A stretch of 64,000 nucleotides of DNA from the human T2T-CHM13v2.0 reference genome, Homo sapiens, in NCBI RefSeq assembly GCF_009914755.1, contig NC_060934.1; one strand, 5' to 3'. The position numbers and the translations under genes are program-made. Below, piece after piece: positions 45,566-58,345 of this stretch. The notes beneath the pieces are model-generated. The model saw only the letters and a program-made list of their open reading frames with translations. It made no database searches and had not been told where the DNA came from. How positions within the stretch are numbered: position 1 is the stretch's first letter; every line of letters starts with the position of its first letter.

Positions 45566-46380
45566 TATTAAATGTTATAAGTATTAGTAGTAGCAGTATT
45601 GGTAGTATTATCCTCTTTTCAAATTTTAACCACAGAGCTTACATATGTATAATGATAACATGATAAATAGGAATCAGTTTTTACATTGGTTTTGATGGTT
45701 CACACTGTCTCAACTCATGGTATCTTGTTAGCAAAAGTGCCTCTATTGTCCAGTTAGGCCTGATTTTAGTCTGGCATACAATTAAATCTAATATGTGGAT
45801 GCACATAAACAGTTTGATTAGATTTTTGGGGAAGTAGGTTTCTGCAGACATGAGCCACTGCTTGAATATGCAATATACTAATCCAATCAATCACCTTGAT
45901 ACATTTAGTTGTTTTATTTTTATAATTCTCTATAACAGGTTTATCAGTCAAATTTATTGGTTATACTTATTGGTGTAAATGAAGAAATACTTTTTTTGTT
46001 CCCTCTCATCACTACCTTTAAATATGCTCGTTGGAATCTCTTTTTCCCATCACTTGAGAATAACTCCAGCCAATCTCCAGCTATCTAGCAATTTCCAAAC
46101 ACACTTTCAATAAAATTGAAAGACAATAAATCTATTTTTGGTAAATTTGACTTACTTTCAGGTTTTAAAAAGGTCTAGTTGCATGTAAATTAAAACTACA
46201 ATTTTGCAATCAAATTAAAACATTTTCCCTACCTGTTCCTCACCTAGCTCAGAACTGATATGTAACAGGAAGACCTGTGGTTGTTTATCCAGATGTCCTT
46301 CTTTTGTCTATGGCTCCATTAGGATTGTAATGGGGAAAACAAGAATCATAGCAGGAAGAATTAAAAGAAAAGAGAAAAGC

Positions 46381-46403
46381 TTTTTTTTTTTTTTTTTTTT
46401 TTT
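46381..46403. repeat. Poly(T) tract
   Basis: Directly visible. Confidence 0.9.
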
Positions 46404-49400
46404 AAATAATCTCATCTTTATTTCTATTGAGAGGCAGGCACCCAAATGCTTCTTCTGTCGGGGAGTGAATTTGTAAGTTCTTTGTAACTATGTGCTACCT
46501 ATTTGTTAACCTGAGTAATTTGTTCTCCTGCTCACTTCTTGCTAACACTTGCCAGCGGATACCTGAAGCCTCTTACATCTTCTGTGGAATGCACTTGGCA
46601 TATATATAGCATATTCATTCACCTAAAGTGGGAAGAATAATCTGGCATCTTTTCTCTTTCCCCATCTTGCCATCAAAAGCTGCCTCAACGAGCATGTAGC
46701 CTTCAGAATTTTGAAAGCCAGAAGCAGGTAACAACTTGCCATGTTTAGCTTCATCTTGAAACTCTTGAGGACACCTATCAAACTTTCCCAAAACTGTCTC
46801 ATCATGTATGGTTCCATTGCAGGATGGGTGCAATGCTGAGTGCCAGCAGGGGAGGAATATCCCATTCTTTCCTTCTTGAAATTGCCCCCAGTCTTTTTGA
46901 GCTCTCTTCCTATTTGGAAGGAGAACTAAAGCAAGTTTAGTTCTCCTCACAAAAGAGAAAATAATTGAAAGCACTCTCACTTAGGCAACTAATTCACTGT
47001 CTATATGATAATTCTTAGAATGCCTAGTCCTCTCTTTACATAAGAGCACAGGTAATTGAGGTCAACGAAGGTTGCAGAGTCACAGAACTTGTCTGGCTAC
47101 TTTTTATTAAATCCTGCAAAGACTTAACTATTCTTCTGTAATTTAGGGATACCCGTCATTTAATAGGGAATAAACAAAAATCTGAGACATAAGGAAATTC
47201 TGTATCCATTCTATATATGTATAAATTATATATAGAAAAATAGTTTAGAAGAGGAGTTAATATCAATTTGAAAATAGGAATTTTAAAGCTGTGAATAATA
47301 CATAGCATAAATATGTATAAGGATTCAGCAAAATGTTAGTTGACATGTGGCTAAATAAACTTAAAGTTTAAGAAAGATAAGAAAAGAAACCAAATATGCA
47401 TAAATCTGGGGACAAAATTTGATATTGCTGCTAATAAAAAGGGGAGGGGCATCATATTGGGAAGCTTCATTAATAAAAGTAACAAATTATGAGAACAAAT
47501 AGTCTTATTATAGTTTATCTGGTGAAGCATTTTAATGAGGCGTAGTTGTCTGTTCCATTACGGAAAGAGTTTTCTTATGTGTGCTCTGGTAGATTTTCAT
47601 GTGGCCACACTGAAAGATACTCCCAAATGTCTGACTAATAATTCTATTTATAGGCAACTGTTCTGAAGGTTTAAAGTAAGGAGGATGAAGTTCATTTGGA
47701 AGCAGTGGGGAAAAAAATGGTAATGCTGGGCTTTGAATTTTATGGATGCTGTAGCTGTTCTTTATTTTTCAATAAATAAATGTTTTAAATGCCATGTTTT
47801 TTAGCTATTGCAGTTAAACTGCCCTCATCTTTTTGCCCAGCAAAAAACCCATTAAGTTATTCACTGAGATTGACTCTAGATTTTTTATAAAATTAATAAC
47901 TTTGCTACCAGTTTCTCAAAAATGAGTAGAAACGACTTTTCAATGCAAATGCCAGTTTTTGCTACAGTGAAATTATTCTGTCTGTAGTGACTATTTGAAC
48001 ATTTATGGGCAATAGGACATTGAGAGATTTAGTATATGAACTACGAATAGATTTATCCTTAGATTATCTAATACATGTTTTCCACCTTGCAACATAAAAC
48101 CTGATCTCTTTTTAAAGTCCTGGTTGTTCTGAAAAATGAAATGAAATTATAGTAAATGGAATTTTGACTGGGGGGAAAAAAACTTCACATGATTTAAGAG
48201 AATGGATGCTGGCAATTGACTATCTACTGTTTATTCAAAGCTTATAGATTAGCAACCAGATGTGGCAGAAAGTTGGCTGTTTTTCATTCACAACAAAAAC
48301 GATGCTGTGCTTAATGAACGGAGGTTTGTTATCCCAGTAATAAGTAAAAGGAACATGAAAGCCCTTGTGTTTAATGCTTATGCAAATAAGCTATTTGCAG
48401 GTGGCTTTTGGGCAGAAGGTAAAATAGTTTCAAAACTGGGTCAAGTTTTTTAATCCTCAAAAATTGCCAGCTAGAGGAAAACCTCCTAAAATCTTTATTA
48501 TGCTATTTGCCAAGTAAATGAAATGACATCATTTATCATTTAATAAATTACATATGAAAATTCTTTTCCTTATGATTTCATCAATCAACAAATAAATTCT
48601 AGAGGATTCTAGATACATTTATTTGGCATACTTTTTAATGCGGTATCAAATTTTGTGGATATTCTTTTAGAGAATCAATTTCTTAAAATGGCATTGAACA
48701 TTTAATTTAAAATGCCCTTCTTGAACCATACATGTTTATTAGAAAATTATTTTATATAGGTTGTCCATTAAAAAACAATTTTCTATGTATGTAAACATTT
48801 ATGATAACTGCTCATTATTTTGGTCCATATTTATTTATCTGCCTATTTATTACACAATACAAATATTACACTTTGTAAAATTAAAGGCCTAGTCTAATAT
48901 TACTCTATGTCGGAAGTAAAATAATTCAGAGAAGTCTATATTAAAAGACAAGATAAAACACAAAATGATGAGAATCACAAAACCATTGCCAAATTTTCAG
49001 CTATGACATTTATTCTCCATGTGGCCTTAGGTATCTTACTCTCTTATTTTAACCTTTGATGACTATAAAAATAATTTGTTACTAAGAAGCCCTCTCGCTT
49101 TAGTAGCTGTGACTATAGAATTAAGAACATAATTCACGAAAAGTGTTTGAGTCTTCCTGAAAACATTTTAAAATATCAATTAATCATTGCACAATACACA
49201 ATCGCCTGATCATTTGCTAAGAGAGGGTTGCATTCTCATCTCTGTTCACTCTGTCCTTTCTGAGACTCATATAGGTGTGAGAGCTAGAAAAAATATTAAT
49301 GTGTAGCAATTCAGATTTTCTCATTCATGAATCACTTCAGCAGTGCACAGAATACTTTGTAATTTTAAAAAGGTGTTTTTATTAATATACTTCTACTATT

Positions 49401-50523
49401 CTACCCCAATCAACAGCAAATTTACCTAAATCATGAGACTGCTGGAACTGCTAAGTTTTATAAATAAAAGACTTAAGAACTACTATTAAACCCTGTGAAT
49501 CCTTTATCTACAATGAGAATGTCCATGAGTCAGCTCTTCTGACCCTCTGGCCAGTGTTCTGGAGTTACTGATCTGCAACTTTCTAATTGAACTCTAGCTT
49601 GGTATGTGAGAGCAGCTGTGGGTTAACCAGCGGAGCGACATTTAAGTCTTGACATTGCCATTAATGATTCACCACCTGTTGCAAGTTCAATAAGTTATTC
49701 ACACACCAAATTGTGGCCACAGAATTCATTGAGATAAACTAAGTTAGAAGGATTGGGTGTCAATAAATGTTTGCTAAATCAGAATTGTTAATGATAGAAA
49801 TCCGTAGCTTAACAAAGTTGAGAAATCTTGTCTTCTTAACGTGTATTTATTGACTTCCCAGGATATGTCTTAGTGAGGAAACATAGCTTCTGGCATTTAT
49901 TATTAGAGGGATAAGGAATAATAAACCACAGTGATTGAGAGACAGGGAAAGGCCGGGGGACCTAGAGACACAGTAACAGAAGAAGTTTAATTGGCTAATG
50001 AAATAAACTTGAGATAAGAGAGCAGAGAGGAGGTTCAAGAGATGAAACCACATATTCCTCTCTATCTGCTCCCACCATCAAGGGAATTAATAACATATTT
50101 TATAATGAATCCCTGATAAATATTAGTGTATAATTGAAAATCTATTAAAATGACTATTTCTCAGGGTGCAGAAAAATATTAAAACAAGTAAAGTTGCCAT
50201 AAGATGGAATATTATATTTTCCTGCATGTCTGCTTCAAGGCTGAATCCTAATGGTCATGTATGTAGGTAAATTATTCTTCCTACAGCAACTTCTGGGAGG
50301 TGGTATGTGGTGGAGTATAAAAGGCCAGGGGTGTAGTGAGGGTAAAGTGTAAGTACTTTGATCTTGAGCCTTGACTATATTGGACTTGGGATCTCAGAAA
50401 TCTTGGGGATAAACCGTGGATTAAATCCATAAATTCATAAGGTGTTGGTTATACAACGGGTAGAAACTACGTGCCACTTTTGGAGGGACAGTCTTTTTTT
50501 TTAAAAAAAAAAGGCCTTAAAGG

Positions 50524-50526
<3 letters not shown>

Positions 50527-50574
<48 letters not shown>
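50527..50574. repeat. (TA)n microsatellite, ~24 units
   Basis: Directly visible. Confidence 0.95.
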
Positions 50575-50576
<2 letters not shown>

Positions 50577-50613
50577 TCTTTTTTATTATAATAAATACTA
50601 TTTTGTTTTTTTT

Positions 50614-50747
50614 AAATGAAACAATCTGCACATATACAACTCCACTCTGAAGGCAATTATTTACATAATTATGCATAAATTCCTATAGTTATGTTAGTAG
50701 TTGCCTTTCTTCAGAGTGGAGTCATATATGTGCAGATTGTTTCATTT
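50614..50747. repeat. Long inverted repeat (~60-bp arms, 12-nt loop)
   Basis: 50614-50636 is the exact reverse complement of 50725-50747, and 50639-50652 of 50709-50722. Confidence 0.95.
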
Positions 50748-51519
50748 TAAGAAAAGAAATATTTATTTATTTGATTAACTGAAATTATGCTTAAAAATGA
50801 TTAAAATGCACAGATCTGTCTTCATGAAGTTTAAATGTCTTATAAGAAATTAAAGTAATAAAGACTACAACATTTATTATTTAACTGTAACTGTAGTGGG
50901 TAGTAAAAGAGAAAGCCCAGTGTGTTGGCTTTCTGTAGTAAAAAACCCAACTTGTGGTTAGGAAACGCCATTGTTTATTGTATCTAAATTAATCAAGTTG
51001 TATCCTGTAACAGGTTTCCTGTTATCCACTCGTCTTCCAACTTCTGAAGTATGCTTTAAATGACAAGGGAGAAACCCAGACACTACATTTTCTAGGATCT
51101 CAGCACAACAGAGCTCCAGGTGAAATTATGCTAAATAGTGGCATGAGCGTGAGATGTGGGTGGCATAAAGAAGAGGTTTAGAGTGTTTTTCTGGTGACCT
51201 CCTGTTTAAGTTTGACAAGCATCTGAAATCACTGCTAGCAACTTTCCCATAATTATTGTGTTTCCAGCCTTTATGAAAATAGCAGCAATTTTTTTTCCTT
51301 TCTTTGCCTATGTACACCATCTAATCATGAGATAAGTCTCCTTCTTAGTCCCTATATTAAATATCTTTTTACATGAAATACATAGATTGGGATCTTTTTC
51401 TGACCTGTTCCTGTCTGATATATTCTTCAACTCTAAGATGAGTTCATACTCATCTTCTGAAGCCCCTGGGAAATGGGAAGTTTTTTTTCATATTAGATGT
51501 TGGTAGATATAGAGGCCCA

Positions 51520-51745
51520 TCCTTTAATAAACATCTATGTGCCAGAAAATGTACTAGGCACTTAGATATATTATTCATGTAACTCTACACAAATGTATCA
51601 ACAACACAAAAAAAAATCTGTATAAAATAATAATTATTATATCCCTTATATGGAAACAGATCCAGAGAGGAAGATACACTAGCACCTGTAAATAGAGGAT
51701 CCAAGAATTAAACATCCATCTGTCGGACTGACTACAAGCTCTTTC
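51520..51745 (-). mobile_element. MIR SINE
   Basis: CTATGTGCCAG...GTACTAGGCACTT...ATTATATCCC...GGAAACAGATCCAGAGAGG. Confidence 0.7.
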
Positions 51746-54679
51746 TTTTTCATAAAATGCTAATTTCTCTCCTGCTTCTAATATTTGTATCAAAATTTGT
51801 CATCTATTGTTATTGGGTTTATAGGTGGGTAGTGACTCCTTGGCTTCTATTTTGTTCTAGTGGATTACTGTCTTCTTTATTTTCATTCTAGTGTTTATTG
51901 AGAGTCCTAATTAATCAACCTGGCTGCTCTGACTTCCATCAGCTCACCATTGTCTCTTTTCCCAGCTCATAATTTCTGTAACAGAGCTCTAAGCTATGCT
52001 AAACTTCTGCTATATGCTGTCAGCCTCTCTAAATCCAAGTGCTCTTATCTGCCAAGTTTACATACACATGTTTAAAATCTTCTTATTGAATCTGCATACA
52101 AAGTCTTCATGTCTTCCTCCTTGAAATAATAGCATTGTGAGAGAAAAAAAATCTTCATTCTTTTTAAAACTAATTCAGAATGTCTAGGTAACACAAGAAC
52201 ACTCTGCAACAAACAAGAGGTAAGGGAATATTTACCTGGTATTTCTGTGCCTCATTATCATTCTCACTCATTATAAAATTGGTATCTGAAAAAAATCTTG
52301 CTGTAAAAACAAAAAGTAATGTATAGAGAGTATAAACAAAGAGTTTGCTTCACATCATAACCATTATGCATCCCATTGCCAAAGGGAAGATAGTACACTA
52401 CATGATTCCGGGGAGGAGCATCATTCACATAGACTATAGTGTGCATGGCACATGCAAGAGACCCCACAGTACTACCCGCTTTGTTCTCTTTGTAGACACA
52501 CTCACGGATGATTCATACTCCCTGACCTGGAGTAGCCAAATAAAGAGTTGCATCAGTTTATTATCATTCTTTCCAGACCATTTTCTAGGTATTCCCATTA
52601 TACATTCCTTCAAATAGAAAGATTTTATTCTGTAAATTGCATCTCACTGTACACATTTTTTTCTGAAATCTGAATAATTTCATACAGTTTCAACTGTGAG
52701 AGTACCTGACAGACTGACCTAACTCTAAGCTAAAACACTCATAAACTAGCACAGAAGCTTGTCATATCATTACACATTTATCCATTGCTCTAAATTACTT
52801 ATAGTTTTTCCTGAAACATCTATTAATATTGCAGTTATTTGAGATGACTGTGAGCTTACTATTTGCCAGTGATGACATGAGCACCTTGGTTTAGTCTAGT
52901 GCCTGGCATTTAATAGGACCATTCTATTTATTTTCCTAAACTCTGGCAGCAAGATTAGCTCTAAGCATATTTTTTTATCACAACAATCGTCCATCTTTAA
53001 CTACATGTGAGGAAAGCACTTTCTTATATCGCATTACACATTTTTATATGGCCACAGAAATCCTTACTTAATCTGACAAAATTAAGATAAATTTCTTTCT
53101 CCTAAGTTCAAGGAAAGAATCATTCTCTACTGTTTCCAAGGAGATGATTCTCCTTTTCTCAATTGCCAATTGTCTACTGCTTGTCCTGGGTTCCATCTTT
53201 TCATATGTCATGAGGATTCTCACCCCAGTGTTCTGCTCCTCTGAGTCAAAGCCCTTGACTTTTCACTTCTCAATTGTTTTGTTTGTAATTTTTTTGCTTT
53301 TATTTTTTTCTCCATAAATGCTATGAAAGTGTATGTAAAAATTTACCCATCTTTTATTTTATATTTGTTATCACATTTTATTCACATACCAAACTATACA
53401 GGAAATGAATATAAGCACATCTTTCTTAGTAGGAGGTAGAAGTAAAATTTTGTTTAGAATAAAAACAGAAAAAAAGAGAATCCAATTCCATATCACCAGT
53501 TTGCTCCTGAATGTGCAATAAGTTTCCACTTATGAGCTTGCTACTGTACACAACGCAAGAGCTTTTAAAAAATTGTCTACATGATAGTGGTTAAGAGCGT
53601 ACTTTAGGCTAGGTTACTTTAAAAAAATATGTCATCATTACTTCTGCCATCAAAAGCTAATTCAATGTATCATAATTGTTAAAGTTGAGTAGGGTTAAGG
53701 ATTCTTCTCATTCTATGGTTTCCTTATAAACACAGTTTCTAATAAATGTCTATTTTTTTCTGTGAAATTAAACCACTAGATATTGCTGAATGTCTGTATA
53801 TTTCTTACATTTCTAGAATCTCATTCTTAATTTTTTTCTTATATTTTTCCTTCACCAAAGTCTTAAAACCTATGCACCTGGTGTCTATTATTTAAATTCT
53901 GTGATGTATTTTATTTGACTTTATTTGTGTTTTTAGTCTTTTCACAGAAATTAGTTTATTGTGATCTTCTTTTCCAAAAGGACTTAATTCATATCTCTTT
54001 TCCATACCTATCTTCATTAGCAGGTTGCATTTCAGTTTCTTCAGTGCTTTTTTAGATAATATATTTTACTACATCTTTCTTCACAACACTGTATATGCTC
54101 TGATGATCAGGTCTCTCATTTTTTTTAAGTTCTTGTCCCCTTTGGGACCCATGACAAAGTAAAGGGCAGATTTTTTCTCACCTGGCTTAAAAGTAAAAAG
54201 CCTTCATATGTTTCTCCTCTGATTCTTCTTAGGCCCAGCATTTCCAAAAACAAACTAGTACACAAAACATTAGAGTTGCAATGATACTTCAAAAGGTTCA
54301 AATACTAATTTTTGTCTGCTTTCTCTCTATAGTTTTCTTGTAGAGAAATTTTCTGTTATGAAGGTTGAACTATTTGCTATATGTTAATATTTTCCAAATA
54401 AAGTTTCCAAACTGATATTTAAATACATTCTCTCATATTCAAACATATTCTGAACTACTTTCTGTTGTGTCTCTAGATCAATATTTATAAAACTAGACAG
54501 TTCATATAATTTTTTTCCTTTGCTAACTTTCAAGATCATATCAAAAAGTACTACTGTTGATTCGGTTTTTTGTGTTTCATTATTTGAAACTGTATTGACC
54601 TTTTTCCTCTTATTTCTTTATCATTTCCTGTTATTTCATCTTTGTGAGTCTTCCCATTAATGTCTTTTTCTTTTTGAAT

Positions 54680-55697
54680 TATTTATTTTTTAATTGACAA
54701 ATAAACTGTATATATTTAAGATGTACCACATGATGTCTTAAAGTATACATACATTGTGGAATGGCTAAATCAAGCTCTTTAATGTATGCATATTTAATAT
54801 ATGCATTACCTTGTAATTGGGCCCCTTGAGATTTTAGTATCTCAGCATTTTTAGTGCCTGAGATTTAAAAAAGTCGGATTAGGCTCTTGCTTGCTTGCAC
54901 AAAAGCCAACATCCCTTGTTCTCACAATACAATTGCAAACTGCTGATGTACTGTTTCTTTGTCAAGCAGGAGAAGATAACTTCAAGGTAACAAAAAACAT
55001 TCGCAGAAGGAAAGAATGCCTATAAGATTGTTGCAACTAACTGTTGAGACCCAGAAGTCTGGTTGCTCAGGATGTTATCAGAGATTAAAGAAACACAAAC
55101 TTCCCCATTGGTTCCCTAAAACTCCCCCTCTCTTACTCTCTGGCTGCAAACAAACCTCTCTGCTTTCTCTTATTGTTAAGACATATCTGACAGATCTTGC
55201 CCCGTTCTCGCTTTGGCCAAGTGGAATAAACTTTTATCTATCTCTAAGCGTTGGTGTGTCAGTGTTTGGTTTCGACTGAGCATCTGGTACATGAGCCTGA
55301 ATTTGGGTCTCTACAACATCTTCACCTAGTTACTATTTTTGTGTGTGTGTGGTGAGAATACTTGAAATCTACTCCATTGGCAATTTTCAAATATAAATGT
55401 ATTGTTATTCACTGTAGTCACCATGATGTGCAATCAATTTTTTGAACTTATTCCTCCTGGCTAACTGGAATTTTGTGTCTTTTGACCAACATCTCCGCAA
55501 TTTCCCCCATGCCCTAGCTTCTGATGATGACCAATTAACTCTCTGTTTCTATGAGTTTTACTTATTTAAACTCTACATATAAGTGAGATTATGTCATGTT
55601 TGTTTTTAAGTGCCTGGCTTATTTCACTTGACATAAAGTCTCCCAGGTTCATACGTGTTGTTGCACATGACAGGATTTCTTTCCTTTTTAAGGCCCA
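54680..55697 (-). mobile_element. L1MA-type 3'UTR fragment split by an LTR
   Basis: TTAATTGACAAATAA...CATTGTGGAATGGCTAAATCAAGCT...GCATTACCT, then [LTR], then GTGGTGAGAATACTTGAAATCTACTC...CATATAAGTGAGATTATG...GCCTGGCTTATTTCACTT. Confidence 0.85.
54812..55318 (+). mobile_element. ERV solo LTR (probably ERV1; family not assigned)
   Basis: TG...CA ends, ~507 bp, AATAAA at ~55225; cleanly interrupts a colinear L1MA. Confidence 0.7.
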
Positions 55698-57084
55698 TTA
55701 ACCTTTTGTAGATCTGTTACTGAGGTAATCAAAACTTACTGGACAATTATGTTATTTGAGTAAATTGAAACATAACAGCTTATAAAGGGTCAAATGGTAG
55801 TAATAGCCTAAGAAATAGGTTTGGAATATTATTTCTTAGCATAAAAGACGAAGATAATATTGGTCAGAGTCTTCTAGACTTGAATTCTTGGCTACTTAGA
55901 TTTTATCAAGTAAATTGTAAAAGGATAACCAATCAATATTTCACATGTATTTCTGTATGAATTTTGATTTGACAAGAAAGACTGTGAAAACAAAACCACT
56001 ATTATCTGTGAACTACCTAATGTGGAAATAAATATCCTTAAATAAAACCTTGAGAAAGTATATTACTCAATTTTTTTCTACAGATATCCCATATGTTATA
56101 ATATTTAACTGAAAACAAAATCTTTCTTCTTAAGAAAAGATTTTATTCAGTTTTAGAACGTTAAAGTTTCTCCACTCTAATATATACAGAACTTCTCTAA
56201 CCTTTAAAAATACTGCTTTGCTTATTACTCATGATAATTGGGCCACATACATAATTAAAACACACCATTTATTATTTTGCCATGTGAAAGTGGCATCTGG
56301 TTCCCCAACTTGACTTCAAACTGTAATTTTAAACAAATAATAAAGTGTTTTGAAACATTAATGTCATTAATTGTCTTATCTATTGTCTATGTTCATCAGG
56401 AGCTGTGACATGCCCAAAGGAAGGTAATCAGAGGAAGGAAGAGAAGAAGCTAAGTTCTAGAGAATCCATTAATCATTCCTTAGATGACTGACCATTTTAT
56501 TATTTTCCCAAGTAAGCTGAGGCTGACAATATCATGAATCATTTACATATATCAGTATTCAAATGTTCCATTTTTAAATTGGGAGGGGGTATGTTTTAGA
56601 ATAGAATAATGAAATTCCCTCCATCTCCTCCTAATGTACATCATTAAGAAGAATCTAATGGAAACATAAGGTTCTAAGGCTCTTGCTGGAAACCATAATC
56701 AGAACTGGAGGAATTCTCTTATGGAAAACATTAAAAAAAGGAAATTCTAGCAATAGAATTCATTGTTAAAGCTGTAAGTTACAACAATATTGTCTCTGCA
56801 TGCTGACTGTAATCCTCTATAATCTTCAAAGGCAAACAGGAACAGTAATAATCTTTTCATGTACTCTTAACTTCCTTCTCTGAAAGGCTAGAAAATGTCT
56901 TACATGTAGCACTCATAGTGTCATTTAATCAAACCCAGTTTCTATTTTTCTTCAACTTCTAGATGAATGGATGCTTAGTCTTTCGGGCACAATGTGAATT
57001 TCTTAAGGGTCTGTAGACTACATCTCCTATTTTTACTTCTCAAAGTTTCTCTCAAATTGTGATAAAAAGTTTCACTCTATTGGT

Positions 57085-57475
57085 ACTATTAACTGCCAAC
57101 CACTTTGAAGGCCTCCTCCTCCACTTTTTTCTTTTTCCCCATATCTAGGCAAGCAGTAAGAAAACTCAGAGTCTCTATTCCTTGGCTACGGCAGGGAAGT
57201 TCAAACCATTTAAATCCTGAACTATTGGGGCTGAGGGTAAGGGACTCACTTGGGCCCAACCCTTAACCCCATTAAATACCAGAACTCCACTGACTCTTCC
57301 TTAGGTTTCACTTCCCACCGAACCTGAGCCCTTTTTGTTGTGGATTATTTTGCCCTTTAGTAGGTAATAATACCATGTAAGTAATAAATTTGTTTCATTT
57401 CCTTTCAGTCTTGATATCCATAAATTACTAGGGGCAGGGGTGGTGTAGAGTTGCCTAGTATTCACCAAATAAAGT
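57085..57475 (+). mobile_element. Old ERVL-type LTR (MER74/MER54-like), tentative
   Basis: GGGAAGTTCAAACCAT motif and TGTAAGTAATAAA poly(A) signal. Confidence 0.4.
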
Positions 57476-57559
57476 AAAAACAACACACACACTGAGAGAA
57501 AAATCTAGAGAAACATTCCCACATTGCCACACACAGTTTTCTTGCTTGCTTCTGGTAAA

Positions 57560-58004
57560 TATAACCTTCTCTATCCATGAGTTCAATTAACAACTTTGGA
57601 TAGGAAATATTCATAAGGAAAAATGGATGGCTGCATGAAAGGAGAGTGTTCTACCTGACTTTATTCACTAATCAGGATATGCCTAAAAACTGGGTGGCAA
57701 AAACTGAACTGTAGGTTTTGAGAAAGATTCTAATAACAAGAAAAATGTACAAACATTTTTATTGTTGTTTATCCCTAAGCAAGACAGCATAACAACTATT
57801 TATACAACATTTACATTGCATTAAGTATTACAAGTAATCTAAAATGGATTTAAAATATATGAGAGAATATAAGTAGGTTATATGCAAATACTAGGCCATT
57901 TTATTAAAGGACTTGAGCATCTGGAGATTTTGGTATCTGTTGGGGGATGGGAGGTAGGGCGGCAGGTCCTGGAATCCATCCCCCATGGATACTGAGAGAC
58001 AAAC
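57560..58004 (-). mobile_element. MER2 (Tigger-family) with an internal insertion
   Basis: AGGTTATATGCAAATACT...GGACTTGAGCATC...GATTTTGGTATC...GGTCCTGGAA...CCCCATGGATAC is reverse MER2. Confidence 0.85.
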
Positions 58005-58232
58005 ATACATAGAAGCTACAAAAGCAAATTACTTATTTCGCCTCTTGCTGTTGACTTAAGGAAAACTATGCACTGTATCATCAGTATAGAGAGTTCTTGA
58101 AAAGCCTAGATCCTCCCAAAGTTTGAATAGGTGTTGCAAATAGCGAGATGTGGTGATAGCTCAAATAGAGAACCTCTCGGGAAAACCATTTCCACATTTA
58201 GAAGCAAGTTTGAAGTGGCAGATGACTATTCC

Positions 58233-58345
58233 TTTTTTATAAATATATATATATATATATATATTATACTTTAAGTTCTAGGGTACATGTGCACAACATG
58301 CAGGTTTGTTACATATGCATACATGTGCCATGTTGGTGTGCTGCA
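58233..58345 (-). mobile_element. Very short L1PA4/5 3' end with a (TA)n-converted tail
   Basis: TTATACTTTAAGTTCTAGGGTACATGTGCACAAC...CACCCATTAACTCGTCATTTAC. Confidence 0.9.

Noticed and set aside
46433-46727. Possible + strand splice signals (poly-T/AG...GTAAGT; GCTAAC...CCAG...CAG/GTAACA)
   Set aside because: The larger candidate exon has stops in all three frames and such motifs are common by chance; a lncRNA exon cannot be supported without transcript data.
46615-46980. 121-aa minus-strand ORF in unique sequence ending near a possible GT donor
   Set aside because: Starts at GTG, has no recognisable domain and no supporting neighbouring exons. A length of ~120 aa is plausible by chance. 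BLASTP or PhyloCSF would be needed to revive it.
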